NCBI GenBank assembly: GCA_027450065.1 | Contig: DAIDKK010000001.1 | Coordinates: 13,438 to 77,437, forward strand | Direction of reading: 5' to 3' | Length of the DNA stretch: 64,000 nt | From: Candidatus Saccharimonadota bacterium | Lineage (GTDB): Bacteria; Patescibacteriota; Saccharimonadia; Saccharimonadales; UBA4665 | Shown here: in pieces, positions 1 to 10,328 of the stretch | Layout: the number at the start of each line of letters is the position of its first letter | How positions within the stretch are numbered: position 1 is the stretch's first letter | Position numbers and translations under genes: made by a program | Notes under the pieces: model-generated | Told to the model about the DNA's origin: nothing | What the model saw: only the letters and a program-made list of their open reading frames with translations | Databases searched by the model: none

Positions 1-1992
1 TCGACCAGCGATAATAAAACGGGCTGGACATGGGGGAGTAATGTTGCCTGGTTCTGCTATTCAGACAATCCATCGCCCTTGGCTTCCTTTGATGGCGCTA
101 ACTGTTCGACCGCTTGGGGTTGGGTGTTTGACCCAAGCAACTCGGGCTTATCGGTACGTGCCGACCTTCAGGTAGACGGGAATACTAAGATATGGGCAAA
201 CACCAGCACATACAGAGGTGATGTCAACGCCGCGTATGGCATTGGTGGTGTCCATGGTTTTAGCTACGACATATCGGGTTGGGTTAATGATGGTAGTGCA
301 CATACGATCAGTGTCTTTACGTATGACATAGATAGTTCCGGCAATATTACGAGGGGGCCTATCCTCATAGGCAGCAGGGTAGTTGGACCGTGCGATCCTG
401 CGCCACAAACCTATTTCGATGCAGCTAGTTGTTCGACGGCGTCGGGTTGGGCGTTCGATCGAAGTAATACAGGCGTGTCGATACCAGCCCACCTTCAAGT
501 AGACGGGAATACTAAGATATGGGGAACCGCAAATACCTCAAGACCTGATGTCAATGCAGCGTTTGGTATAGGTGGTAACCATGGTTTTAGCCTTGATATA
601 TCGAGCTTTGTATCAGACGGTGCGGTGCATACGATAAGTGTCTATACGTATAATATTAATAGCGCCGGTACAGTAACAGGAGGGCCTATCCTCATAGGCA
701 GCAAGACGGTTGGACCGTGTTATAGCTATACACTTACTCCTTCTGTATCTTCTCCGGCGGGGGCATATATTGAGGCGGGTGATGCACTCAATTTCCAGTA
801 CCAGGTTAAAAATTCCGGTCCTACTGCAAGTCTGGTCGTAGCGGATGCCATCAAGCAGTATGTGGTTCCGGTAGGGCAGAGCTTGAACACCTACACAATG
901 CAGGATAATATTACAGCCAATTGCCCAAATGCCTTTAGTACGACATTATGTGCAACGAGCTGGCAATTGCCGCCTCGTTCATTTGGAGTCGGTACTACAT
1001 CTGTAGATGCAACAGGTTCATCACCACCGTACACGCCAACGAGTACTGCAGGATTACCGATTGGGACAAGCATTTGTCAAATTTTGGCGCTTGACCCCGC
1101 GAGCCAGGATCCGTATGGCAATATCGTACATGGTCGCTGGTCTGCACCTTTCTGTGTGCGGATTGTGGCCAAGCCATACTTTACCGTTACGGGCGGCGAC
1201 ATTTCCTCGGATGGGAATATTACTTCTTGGAATGCCGATAATACTGGTGGGGCAGGTTATGCGGGCGCAGGCAGCCAGCTGGCTGCGCTTGCGACGGGCA
1301 ACATTACAAGCTTTGTGACTGGTACTGGCATGAGTGGCAACCCCTCTAGCCTCGCTTTTGCTAATACTACCGCAGCTGGTACGAAGTATGGCGGTGGCTA
1401 CACGGAAACGATGCCGACGCCCGTTATCTCGACTGCCGGAGCTACGGTACTGACCACGAGCACACCCTCTTTGTCATCTCTAAACGGTGTTTATACGCGC
1501 TCGGGAGATCTTACGCTCTGGGATCCCACACCTGCCGGCAAGAGCGTTACTATTGTGATGACCTCAGGGAATCTATACATTAGCAACAACATCTCTTATT
1601 CCTACGGAAGTCTGGCGCAGATACCACGGCTGACGGTCATTGTCCAGAACGGCAATATCTACGTCAATAACAATGTTAGCGAAATTCACGGTGTGTTTTA
1701 TGTTGGTGGAGCTGGGCAGGGTAACTTCTATAGCTGTGCCACGGGAATTGGGGCACCAAGTACTGATTACGACACCTGTAACCATCAATTAACTGTTTAT
1801 GGCGCGGTGACCGCTAATAAGCTGGTACTCAGTCGTAGCTACGGATCCGTCCATGCGACAACTGGTACCCCGGCAGCAGCGGCCGAGAACTTCTTTTACA
1901 GCCCCGAAGTTTGGCTTGCGCCCGCTACCTCTACAAGTGGCGGTACTGACACTGTGTATAACTCGTACGTTAGTTTGCCGCCGATACTGTAG
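1..1992 (+). CDS. Large secreted/pilus-associated adhesin-like protein with two 109-aa tandem repeats (5' truncated by window edge)
   Basis: The frame is open from base 1. Two repeats (..GW.FD.SN.G.S..A.LQVDGNTKIW...R.DVNAA.GIGG.HGFS.DIS..) have a 327-nt period. The C-terminus is Cys-containing and beta-rich, ends SLPPIL, and lies directly upstream of pilM. Confidence 0.7.
   Translation, partial: STSDNKTGWTWGSNVAWFCYSDNPSPLASFDGANCSTAWGWVFDPSNSGLSVRADLQVDGNTKIWANTSTYRGDVNAAYGIGGVHGFSYDISGWVNDGSAHTISVFTYDIDSSGNITRGPILIGSRVVGPCDPAPQTYFDAASCSTASGWAFDRSNTGVSIPAHLQVDGNTKIWGTANTSRPDVNAAFGIGGNHGFSLDISSFVSDGAVHTISVYTYNINSAGTVTGGPILIGSKTVGPCYSYTLTPSVSSPAGAYIEAGDALNFQYQVKNSGPTASLVVADAIKQYVVPVGQSLNTYTMQDNITANCPNAFSTTLCATSWQLPPRSFGVGTTSVDATGSSPPYTPTSTAGLPIGTSICQILALDPASQDPYGNIVHGRWSAPFCVRIVAKPYFTVTGGDISSDGNITSWNADNTGGAGYAGAGSQLAALATGNITSFVTGTGMSGNPSSLAFANTTAAGTKYGGGYTETMPTPVISTAGATVLTTSTPSLSSLNGVYTRSGDLTLWDPTPAGKSVTIVMTSGNLYISNNISYSYGSLAQIPRLTVIVQNGNIYVNNNVSEIHGVFYVGGAGQGNFYSCATGIGAPSTDYDTCNHQLTVYGAVTANKLVLSRSYGSVHATTGTPAAAAENFFYSPEVWLAPATSTSGGTDTVYNSYVSLPPIL
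79..720 (+). repeat. Intragenic tandem repeat, period 327 nt
   Basis: gtagacgggaatactaagatatggg is identical at 172-196 and 499-523; gggcctatcctcataggcagca occurs at 355 and 682. Confidence 0.9.
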
Positions 1993-2079
1993 GTCTATGA
2001 TGATTCAATACCCATATCGCCGGAAAAAAGAAAATACCCTTGCGGTGATGTATAACGCTCATGCTATAATCGAGACAAT

Positions 2080-3120
2080 ATGAGTATATTGAGTGGGGTA
2101 TCATCGTTCTTCGGTCTCGACATTGGTACTACCGGTATTCGTGTTGTTGAGCTCCGTGGTTCTGGGCCAACTCGAAGTCTCGTCAAGTACGCCTACGTGC
2201 CCGTGGAGGTTAAATTAGCTCAAAGCGATAGTCGGGCGGATCAGCAGAAACTTGCCCAGATTCTCTCTAACCTTGTCAACGAAGCCAAGTTATCAACCAA
2301 AAATGTTGCAGTCGGGCTACCAAGTAGCCGGGTATTCACGACGGTTGTCGATTTTGATCGTATTCCTCAGAACGAACTTGGTAAGGCACTCCTGTATCAA
2401 GCAGACTCACTTATCCCAACCCCACCGGCCGAGAGTAAGATAGACTGGGCTGTTATCGGCGACTCACCGAAGGACAAAACGAAACTTGAGGTACTCCTCA
2501 GTAGTGTCGCAAATAGCTTCGTGGAATCTCGTCTCGATATGATTGAATCAATCGGTCTGAATGTCGTTGCCTTTGAGCCCGATAGCCTTGCGCTTGCGCG
2601 GGCCCTTGTGCCAGCAGGGACGGTAGCACCACAGCTCCTGATAGATATTGGTCAGCTCAGCAGCGACATTGTTATTACGATGCAAGAGGCACCTCATCTG
2701 ACGCGTTCTATCCCGACTGGCGCAGAAGCCGTTGTTCGTTCCGCCATGCAGAATCTGAATATAGACGAGAAGCAGGCTCGACAGTTTGTTTACAAGTTTG
2801 GTGTCAGTAAGGATAAGCTCGAGGGACAGGTCTTCCAGGCTATTATAGGCACCGTTGATTTGCTTGTGAGTGAAATAGACAAGACAATTAAGTTCTTCCA
2901 GACTCGTTACCCAGATCAGCCCATTGAGCGCATGATTGTCACGGGGGGCGCCTCGACTATACCAGAATTTCCGCTATATCTTGCGAATAAATTTGGTGTG
3001 AATGTTGAGATTGGGAACGCCTGGCGAAATGTTGCGTTTGCCTCGGATCGTCAAAACGAGCTGCTTGCGGTATCTAACCAATTTGGTGTCGCCGTTGGTT
3101 TGGCGGAGAGGGATGAGTAA
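2080..3120 (+). CDS. pilM: Type IV pilus assembly protein PilM
   Basis: Actin/FtsA-like motifs GLDIG, LLIDIG, VTGGAS and AVGLA; first gene of the pil operon. Confidence 0.92.
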   Translation: MSILSGVSSFFGLDIGTTGIRVVELRGSGPTRSLVKYAYVPVEVKLAQSDSRADQQKLAQILSNLVNEAKLSTKNVAVGLPSSRVFTTVVDFDRIPQNELGKALLYQADSLIPTPPAESKIDWAVIGDSPKDKTKLEVLLSSVANSFVESRLDMIESIGLNVVAFEPDSLALARALVPAGTVAPQLLIDIGQLSSDIVITMQEAPHLTRSIPTGAEAVVRSAMQNLNIDEKQARQFVYKFGVSKDKLEGQVFQAIIGTVDLLVSEIDKTIKFFQTRYPDQPIERMIVTGGASTIPEFPLYLANKFGVNVEIGNAWRNVAFASDRQNELLAVSNQFGVAVGLAERDE

Positions 3121-3770
3121 TGGTTCAGTTTAACCTCTTGCCGAATATTAAGCTTGAGTATGTCAAAGCACGACGCACAAAGTACTTGGTCACGTTCATA
3201 TCGATTGTAGTAGGTGGGGTAGCTATACTGGTGTTTGCTGTGTCTCTATTTGTGGTTGACGTGGCGCAAAAGAAAAGCTTAAGTGATCTGAATACAGATA
3301 TTGGAAAGTACAGCAAACAGTTGCGGGGTACGAAGGATCTCAGCGAAATATTGACCGTACAAAACCAGCTCAACACACTTACCGCCCTTCACGACGGGAA
3401 ACCAGCAGCAAGTCGGTTATTTGACTATATCACCCAGTTGACACCTGCACAGGCAAGCCTCAATAAATTAACAGTTGATTTTACGGGAAATACGATGTCA
3501 ATTGGTGGGACGGCCCCTTCACTAGATACCGTGAGCTTATACACCGACACCCTTAAAGCAACTCACTACACGACCGACAAAAACACCAATCAAACGGCTG
3601 CCTTTAGTAATGTCGTTTTGACCAACTTCGCGCGAGATGATAAGGGCGCAACTTTTACGATTACCCTCAGCTTTGACCCAGTAATCTTCCAGGGCACAAG
3701 TGCTGTAACGCTTATCGTACCAAGTACGGCATCTGCCGATCAAACAAATGTATTTCAGGCGGGGAAGTAG
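3120..3770 (+). CDS. pilN: PilN-like alignment protein
   Basis: N-terminal QFNLLP motif (INLLP type), one TM helix and a coiled coil; follows pilM. Confidence 0.85.
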   Translation: MVQFNLLPNIKLEYVKARRTKYLVTFISIVVGGVAILVFAVSLFVVDVAQKKSLSDLNTDIGKYSKQLRGTKDLSEILTVQNQLNTLTALHDGKPAASRLFDYITQLTPAQASLNKLTVDFTGNTMSIGGTAPSLDTVSLYTDTLKATHYTTDKNTNQTAAFSNVVLTNFARDDKGATFTITLSFDPVIFQGTSAVTLIVPSTASADQTNVFQAGK

Positions 3771-3772
3771 CC

Positions 3773-4444
3773 ATGGCAAATAATCCTTCATCAAAACGAA
3801 TTCTTATAGACAAGGCGAATACCGCAGTTGTGGTAGTCGTGAGCGTGGCTGCGTTCTTAGCGGTTTTTTCGCTTGTCGCCACAAAGACACTTATCAGCCA
3901 GGCTGCATATCAAAACCGTGTTATTAGTGGCAAGCGTGTCGCCGTGAATCAACTCAAGTCAGATTTAAGCGCTATCCAGCAGCTTAAGAAGTCATATGAC
4001 GCGTTCAACTCTACGACACAGAACGCCATTGGCGGAAATCCAAATGGTACCGGCCAACAGGATGGGAATAATAGCAAGATAGTCCTTGACGCTCTGCCGA
4101 GTACCTATGACTTCCCAGCTCTGACCACGAGCCTTGAGTCACTCCTGTCTACGCAAAATGTCAAAATTAATACCATTTCTGGCACTGATGATGAGGTAGC
4201 GCAGTCCACAAACCAATCCAGCGCTAGTCCGTCACCCATTGCCATTCCATTTCAACTATCTGTGACCTCAAATTATGACAGCATCAAGAACGTCGTTAGC
4301 ACTTTTGAGCGCTCCATTCGCCCCATCCAACTCACCACACTTGATTTGTCTGGCGACCAAAAAAACTTGAATTTGTCTATCAATGCCGAAACATATTACC
4401 AGCCCGCAAAGGCACTCACCATTAATACGAAGGTCGTGCAATGA
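3773..4444 (+). CDS. pilO: PilO-like alignment protein
   Basis: N-terminal TM and coiled coil, ALPS..DFPAL and SYDSI..FERSIRPI segments; follows pilN. Confidence 0.75.
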   Translation: MANNPSSKRILIDKANTAVVVVVSVAAFLAVFSLVATKTLISQAAYQNRVISGKRVAVNQLKSDLSAIQQLKKSYDAFNSTTQNAIGGNPNGTGQQDGNNSKIVLDALPSTYDFPALTTSLESLLSTQNVKINTISGTDDEVAQSTNQSSASPSPIAIPFQLSVTSNYDSIKNVVSTFERSIRPIQLTTLDLSGDQKNLNLSINAETYYQPAKALTINTKVVQ

Positions 4445-4692
4445 AGCAAAAAGACGTAACCCTTATTGTCATCATCGCATTTTTGAGCGCTATCGTATCA
4501 TTTATATTGTCAGGTAAAATATTTGTGACCCCTGCGAATAGGCAGCAGCCAGTTGAGGTTGTCGATAACATTTCAACGCAATTCAAACTGCCGGATTCTC
4601 GCTACTTTAATGCGAATAGCATCAATCCAACAGTTACTTCTCAACTTGGCACCGATACCAACCAAAACCCATTTAATAATACGACAAAGTAA
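4441..4692 (+). CDS. Small single-TM protein in the pilP position
   Basis: ATGA overlap with pilO; TM helix; C-terminal NPF motif. Confidence 0.7.
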   Translation: MKQKDVTLIVIIAFLSAIVSFILSGKIFVTPANRQQPVEVVDNISTQFKLPDSRYFNANSINPTVTSQLGTDTNQNPFNNTTK

Positions 4693-4700
4693 GGGCTGCT

Positions 4701-6509
4701 GTGAGTGTACTATCAGCAACTGCCCAAACGCAGGTCGAGGATAAGCTTGTTGAAGACAAGATATTGACTCGTGCTGATTTGTCAGAGCTAAAAAAGCAGT
4801 CTAAAGACACGGCCACACCACTTTTTGGCCTTTTAGTCACGAGTGGAAAGGTCACAAACGAGCAGCTAACGAAAACAGTCGCGCAGGTGTCGAAGATACC
4901 GTATGTCAATCTGCTAGAGGCGAAAATTGACAATAAGGTGCTCGAACTTTTGCCCCAGGATGTTGCGGAACGATACATGGCGGTACCGCTCGGCGAAATG
5001 CAGCATCGTTTAGTGGTGGCTATGCTTGATGCAGATAATGTGCAGGCCGTTGACTTTCTTAGTAACCGCATAGGACGTCCGCTGAAGGTCTATGCGGCTA
5101 GCGAAGAGGGTATTCGTCAGATACTGCACCAGTATGAGGCAAAAATATCCGACAATCTTGTGAGTGCGATTGGTGAAATTGGCGATAACATCAAGATTGA
5201 TACGACCGACCAGCAAGAGAAGGCAGCCCAAAAGGCGGCCGAAAGAGACAGTATTAAGACAATTGTGCAGGATTCACCAATTAGCAAGGCGCTCTCGACA
5301 ATTTTGGAATATGCTGCGAAGAATCGAGCTAGTGATGTACACATTGAGCCAATGAAGGATAGTCTGAAAATCCGCTGCCGTATTGACGGTATTTTGCGCG
5401 AGATTATGATGCTACCGAAAAGCACTGAGCCTCCACTCGTATCACGTATAAAAATTTTATCCAATCTAAAGATTGACGAGCATCGAATTCCGCAGGACGG
5501 TGAATTTACGATTAATGTTGCCGGGAAAGATATCGACCTTCGTATTGCCATAAGTCCGGTCGTATGGGGTGAGCAAGTCGTCATTCGTTTACTGGATAAG
5601 ACGGGCACGAGCTTTAAGCTTGAGGATATGGGCTACACGGGTCGGAGCTTGCGAACAATTCGTGACGGACTTAAACGTACCAATGGCATGATTCTGACTT
5701 CGGGACCAACTGGCTCTGGAAAATCAACCAGCCTGTACGCACTCCTTCAGGAGGTTAAAACCGATGCAGTAAATATTGTGACGCTTGAAGACCCAGTGGA
5801 ATACAAAATGGAAGGCGTGAATCAGATACAGGTAAATGCCGATATCGGCCTGACATTCGCAAGTGGACTTCGCTCTATCTTGCGTCAAGACCCGGACATA
5901 GTGATGGTAGGGGAGATTCGTGATAGGGAGACGGCGGAGCTAGCAGTGCAGGCGAGCTTAACGGGACACCTTGTGTTTAGCACCTTGCACACTAATAGCG
6001 CAGCTGGAATCTTACCCCGCTTACTTGATATGGGTGTTGAGCCGTTCCTGATTGCCAGCACGGTACATGTCGTCATTGGCCAGAGATTGGCGCGCCGTAT
6101 TGGCAAGCAAACTGAGCAGTATCAGTCAGATGCCGTCGAAACAGCCGCTATAAAGGAGGCACTTGGCAGTTTGCTCCCGAAAGACGCCGAGCATATGAAA
6201 GAAGTCGCCAGTGATCTCGGTTACGAGAGCTTGCCTTTGGCTAGTGATACCGCTTATACTTTAACTAGGGGCAAGGAGAGTCCTGAAACCCCCGGAGGTT
6301 ATAAGGGGCGAATGGGCTTGTACGAGGTTTTCAACGTGAGCGAGCAGATCCAGCAACTCATCTTAAATCGGTCAACAAGCTCGGAGATTCAGCGCCAAGC
6401 AGAGCAAGAGGGCATGATAAGCATGCGACAAGATGGCTACATGAAAGCGCTCGCTGGCTATACAACTGTACAAGAAGTTAATCGTGTCGCTTCGGCAAAC
6501 AGCGCATAA
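4701..6509 (+). CDS. pilB: Type IV pilus extension ATPase PilB (GspE/PulE family)
   Basis: ASDVHIEP, Walker A GPTGSGKST, TLEDPVE, LRQDPDIVMVGEIRD, TGHLVFSTLHTN. Confidence 0.95.
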   Translation: MSVLSATAQTQVEDKLVEDKILTRADLSELKKQSKDTATPLFGLLVTSGKVTNEQLTKTVAQVSKIPYVNLLEAKIDNKVLELLPQDVAERYMAVPLGEMQHRLVVAMLDADNVQAVDFLSNRIGRPLKVYAASEEGIRQILHQYEAKISDNLVSAIGEIGDNIKIDTTDQQEKAAQKAAERDSIKTIVQDSPISKALSTILEYAAKNRASDVHIEPMKDSLKIRCRIDGILREIMMLPKSTEPPLVSRIKILSNLKIDEHRIPQDGEFTINVAGKDIDLRIAISPVVWGEQVVIRLLDKTGTSFKLEDMGYTGRSLRTIRDGLKRTNGMILTSGPTGSGKSTSLYALLQEVKTDAVNIVTLEDPVEYKMEGVNQIQVNADIGLTFASGLRSILRQDPDIVMVGEIRDRETAELAVQASLTGHLVFSTLHTNSAAGILPRLLDMGVEPFLIASTVHVVIGQRLARRIGKQTEQYQSDAVETAAIKEALGSLLPKDAEHMKEVASDLGYESLPLASDTAYTLTRGKESPETPGGYKGRMGLYEVFNVSEQIQQLILNRSTSSEIQRQAEQEGMISMRQDGYMKALAGYTTVQEVNRVASANSA

Positions 6510-6526
6510 CAAGAAAGAGGCAAAAG

Positions 6527-7600
6527 GTGGCAACGCAAGGACAGCCAAGAATTGAAATACTTCTAGAAGAAGTCGTTAAGCGTAAAGCTTCAGACTTGCA
6601 TCTTCAGGTTGGCTTGCCGCCTATGCTTCGAGTCGATGGTGCGCTCGTGGCTGTTCCGGCAGCAGATGTTTTAACTGAAGAAACAGTCGAGACGCTTATA
6701 TTTGCAATTTTGGACGAAGATCAAAAGCAGATTCTACTCAAAGATAAAGAATTCGACTTTAGTTTTGCATTCGGTGACCTCGGGCGATTCCGTGTCAATG
6801 CCTTTCATGAACGGGGCAACCTAGCGGCCGCCCTGCGGCTTATCCCTAATGAAATGCTCAGCATCGAACAACTGGGCCTCCCTGCAGTAGTTGGTAAGTT
6901 TGCTGAATATCCTCGCGGGCTAGTTCTCGTGACAGGACCAACGGGCTCCGGAAAGTCAACGAGTCTTGCTGCGCTCATCCATAAAATCAACATGGAGCAG
7001 CCAAAGCATATTATTACCATCGAAGACCCGATTGAGTACACGCATAAGAGTAAAAAATCAGTCATTGTACAGCGCGAAGTACATTATGACACCTACTCGT
7101 TCAGCGCAGCACTGCGTAGCTCACTTCGTGAAGACCCAGACGTAGTGCTCATCGGTGAGATGCGCGACCTCGAAACCATTGCGAGCGCCATTACCATTGC
7201 AGAAACTGGTCACTTGGTGTTTGCGACACTGCACACCAACAACGCTGCGCAGAGCATCGACCGTATGGTCGACGTATTTCCACCTCACCAGCAGCCTCAA
7301 ATACGTGCTCAGCTGTCGAATATCTTGATGGCTATCTGTAGCCAACGGCTGATACCGGCTATCGGTGGCGGTCGTATCGCGGCAGCAGAAATTTTGGTTG
7401 CGACACCAGCCGTTCGGAACATCATTCGAGAAGGCAAAACTCACCAGCTTGACGCTGTTATCCAGACAGGTGCAGAGTTTGGTATGCAGAGTATGGATAA
7501 GCAGCTGGTACAACTTATTCACGCCGGAACGATTAGCTACGACGAAGCACGAAACTTCGCAGTTGATATTGATGAACTTGATCGTCTCATGAGGGATTAA
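6527..7600 (+). CDS. pilT: Type IV pilus retraction ATPase PilT
   Basis: ASDLHL, GPTGSGKST, LREDPDVVLIGEMRD and AVRNIIRE (AIRNLIRE motif). Confidence 0.95.
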   Translation: MATQGQPRIEILLEEVVKRKASDLHLQVGLPPMLRVDGALVAVPAADVLTEETVETLIFAILDEDQKQILLKDKEFDFSFAFGDLGRFRVNAFHERGNLAAALRLIPNEMLSIEQLGLPAVVGKFAEYPRGLVLVTGPTGSGKSTSLAALIHKINMEQPKHIITIEDPIEYTHKSKKSVIVQREVHYDTYSFSAALRSSLREDPDVVLIGEMRDLETIASAITIAETGHLVFATLHTNNAAQSIDRMVDVFPPHQQPQIRAQLSNILMAICSQRLIPAIGGGRIAAAEILVATPAVRNIIREGKTHQLDAVIQTGAEFGMQSMDKQLVQLIHAGTISYDEARNFAVDIDELDRLMRD

Positions 7601-7604
7601 CGCC

Positions 7605-8822
7605 ATGCTTACATATACCTATACCGCTCGCAATCCCCAAACAGGTAAGATTGTGAAATCAATGGTGGAGGCAGAGAGTGAAGCCGCCGCCGCCAGATTA
7701 ATTAGTAATGAGAACCTCGTGGCCACGGATATTAGACTCCAATCCGAAAGACTGAGCATACTTGGAGGTAAGAGCAAGGTGAAGGCCAAGGACCGAGTCT
7801 TGTTTAGTCGACAGCTCAGTACGCTTATAAATGCCGGGCTACCCCTCTTGCAGGCGTTGCGTAGTGTTAACCAGCAGGCCACCAGTAAGCCGCTGAAGAT
7901 TGTCCTGAGTAAGATAATTGGAGATATTGAAGCGGGAAGTACACTCGCGACGGCAATGGGTCGTCATCCGAAGGTTTTTAACCAAGTCTATCTGAGCTTA
8001 ATAGCAGCCGGAGAGTCATCCGGTACACTTGATGCGGCACTGGATCGTCTGGCCGTTCAGCAGGAGAAAGAAGCCGACCTCAATAGCAAAATTCGCGGTG
8101 CCATGATTTATCCTATGGTTGTGCTGCTCGTTATGACGGCTGTCGTAGGTTTTATGGTGGTCAAAGTACTTCCACAGGTCAAGAATATATATGATGGCCT
8201 ACAGAATGCTAGCCTACCACTCATCACTCGCATAATGTTATCTATCTCCGATTTCACCATTCACTTCTGGTGGGTTGTACTGCTGGCTGTGGCGGTCCTG
8301 GCATTCTTTACGACTCGATGGGCTCGAACTGGGCCAGGCAAAGAGGTAATTGATACTCTTAAGATGAAGGCATGGCCAATTGGCCCATTATTCATGAAAG
8401 TATATATGGCAAGGTTTGCTCGAACAGGTACGACGTTGGTAGCGAGTGGAGTCCCCTTATTGCAGATGCTGAGTATTACCGGGCAAGCTGTTAATAATAT
8501 TCATATCCAGCGCGCTATATCGAAGGCAGCCGAAAAGGTTAAGGGCGGAAAAAGCCTAGCCGACAGTATCGAGCACGACCCGCATTTTTTACCACTTGTA
8601 CCTAATATGGTGCGAATCGGTGAACAATCAGGCGCCATTGAGCAGATGATGTCAAAGCTCGCCGATTACTACGAGAAAGAGGTTGATACGGAAGTCGATA
8701 ACATCTCCTCGATTATTGAACCTGTTATGATGGTGCTGCTCGGTATTGTTGCGTTCATTATTGTCGCGGCCGTGCTGCTGCCAATATATGGTCTCGCAGG
8801 GCAGTCAGGCTTTGGGGGTTAG
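7605..8822 (+). CDS. pilC: Type IV pilus platform protein PilC (GspF family)
   Basis: FSRQLSTLINAGLPL, AGESSGTLD, AMIYP, GEQSG and IEP motifs. Confidence 0.95.
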   Translation: MLTYTYTARNPQTGKIVKSMVEAESEAAAARLISNENLVATDIRLQSERLSILGGKSKVKAKDRVLFSRQLSTLINAGLPLLQALRSVNQQATSKPLKIVLSKIIGDIEAGSTLATAMGRHPKVFNQVYLSLIAAGESSGTLDAALDRLAVQQEKEADLNSKIRGAMIYPMVVLLVMTAVVGFMVVKVLPQVKNIYDGLQNASLPLITRIMLSISDFTIHFWWVVLLAVAVLAFFTTRWARTGPGKEVIDTLKMKAWPIGPLFMKVYMARFARTGTTLVASGVPLLQMLSITGQAVNNIHIQRAISKAAEKVKGGKSLADSIEHDPHFLPLVPNMVRIGEQSGAIEQMMSKLADYYEKEVDTEVDNISSIIEPVMMVLLGIVAFIIVAAVLLPIYGLAGQSGFGG

Positions 8823-8946
8823 CCTATGGTGCATATCTGTGGGGAAAGCACAGAATTTCCACGGTAGTATAAAAATAAGTTGCGTTTAGGGCAGAATATT
8901 TGTATATTCAAGCCATAAGCGTTAATAAGCAAAGGGGCACTTGCGT

Positions 8947-9396
8947 ATGTACAAGAAACTTCAGCAACGTAAACAAGGGGGCTTCACTATCATCGAAGTA
9001 TTGATAGTGCTCGCAATCGCCGGCTTGATCATGGTCGTCGTATTTTTGGCTGTACCGAACCTGCAGCGTAGCCAACGGAACAACGCCCGTAAGTCAGATG
9101 CTAATAACATGCTTCAGAACCTTAGCGAGTACATCGGTAACGCAAATGGTTCATTACCATCCTCATGTACAAGCCTATCGGCCTGTTCGTGGATTACGTA
9201 TAAGCCCGCACAACTAACGACTGTTACCTATGGTACGACAGTCCCAGCTACCCCGGATAAAGCTACGGCTTATCTTATATCCGGCGTTGTCTGTAATGGC
9301 GTTACGCCAACGACAACTGGCGCAACAAGTCGCGACTACGTGATTTGGTATGGTATCGAAGGTAGTACTGGTACCGTTTGTACGCAAGGCTCCTAG
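8947..9396 (+). CDS. Type IV pilin (probable major pilin)
   Basis: Class III signal KQGG|FTIIEVLIVLAI; two Cys pairs; own upstream intergenic region and downstream terminator. Confidence 0.88.
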   Translation: MYKKLQQRKQGGFTIIEVLIVLAIAGLIMVVVFLAVPNLQRSQRNNARKSDANNMLQNLSEYIGNANGSLPSSCTSLSACSWITYKPAQLTTVTYGTTVPATPDKATAYLISGVVCNGVTPTTTGATSRDYVIWYGIEGSTGTVCTQGS

Positions 9397-9417
9397 CCTA
9401 AAACTGTACTGATACAT

Positions 9418-9445
9418 AAAAACAGGGCCTTCTGGCTCTGTTTTT
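9418..9445 (+). terminator. Intrinsic terminator after pilin
   Basis: aaaaacagggcc-ttct-ggctctgttttt. Confidence 0.8.
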
Positions 9446-9464
9446 ATGTGATACTATAGCGGTA

Positions 9465-10292
9465 ATGGATATTTTAGCAGTCGGCACTCTCGGATTGGTA
9501 CTGGGTAGTTTTGTAAATGCCTTAGTTTGGCGTTTGCATGAGCAGAGCAAACGTCACAAAAAGGCATCGAAGGTGCCAGGCAAGGACTTATCAATTCTTC
9601 ATGGGCGAAGTATGTGCCCTGATTGCCACCACACGCTTGCTGCACAGGACCTGGTGCCCGTGTTTAGCTGGTTGTCGCTACGAGGGCGCTGTCGCTACTG
9701 TAAGAAGCCTATATCAGTCCAATATCCTCTTGTTGAATTGCTTACGGCGCTGCTCTTTGTGGTCGCATACATCTCTTGGCCTTTTGGACTTAATGTACAA
9801 GGCATATTTCAGCTGGGATTTCTTGGGCTTTATATTGTATTTTTTATGGCCCTTGCAGTGTATGACGTGCGATGGTTCTTATTGCCAGACCGCCTCGTGT
9901 TTCCTCTTATTGGAATGAGTGCTATCCAGTCGATAAGTATGGCACTATGGCACGGTGACATTGTACGCTTGTGGGCGCCTCTTGCTGGTGCCGCGGTAAT
10001 ATATGGTCTATTTTGGGGACTGTATCAGGTATCAAATGGGGAGTGGATTGGCGGAGGGGATGTAAAACTGGCCATTGCACTGGGCTTAATTGCCGGCTCC
10101 CCCATCAATGCACTTTTGGTCATATTTTTTGCATCTCTGTTTGGAACTATTGTCAGTGCACCCTTGCTGCTACGAGGTAAATCAGGCCTTGCTCAACATA
10201 TTCCTTTCGGGCCATATCTTTTGGCTGCTTGCTTTATCGTTGTGCTGTACGCCGATAAATTTATTTTGTGGTATCAGCACAGTTTGCTGTAG
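9465..10292 (+). CDS. pilD: Prepilin peptidase PilD (A24)
   Basis: GSFVNALVWR, RSMCPDC, GRCRYC, YD..W.LPD, GGGDVKL and PFGPYL. Confidence 0.95.
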   Translation: MDILAVGTLGLVLGSFVNALVWRLHEQSKRHKKASKVPGKDLSILHGRSMCPDCHHTLAAQDLVPVFSWLSLRGRCRYCKKPISVQYPLVELLTALLFVVAYISWPFGLNVQGIFQLGFLGLYIVFFMALAVYDVRWFLLPDRLVFPLIGMSAIQSISMALWHGDIVRLWAPLAGAAVIYGLFWGLYQVSNGEWIGGGDVKLAIALGLIAGSPINALLVIFFASLFGTIVSAPLLLRGKSGLAQHIPFGPYLLAACFIVVLYADKFILWYQHSLL

Positions 10293-10328
10293 TTAAACCT
10301 AGTATCGCTTATGCTATACTGAAATCAT

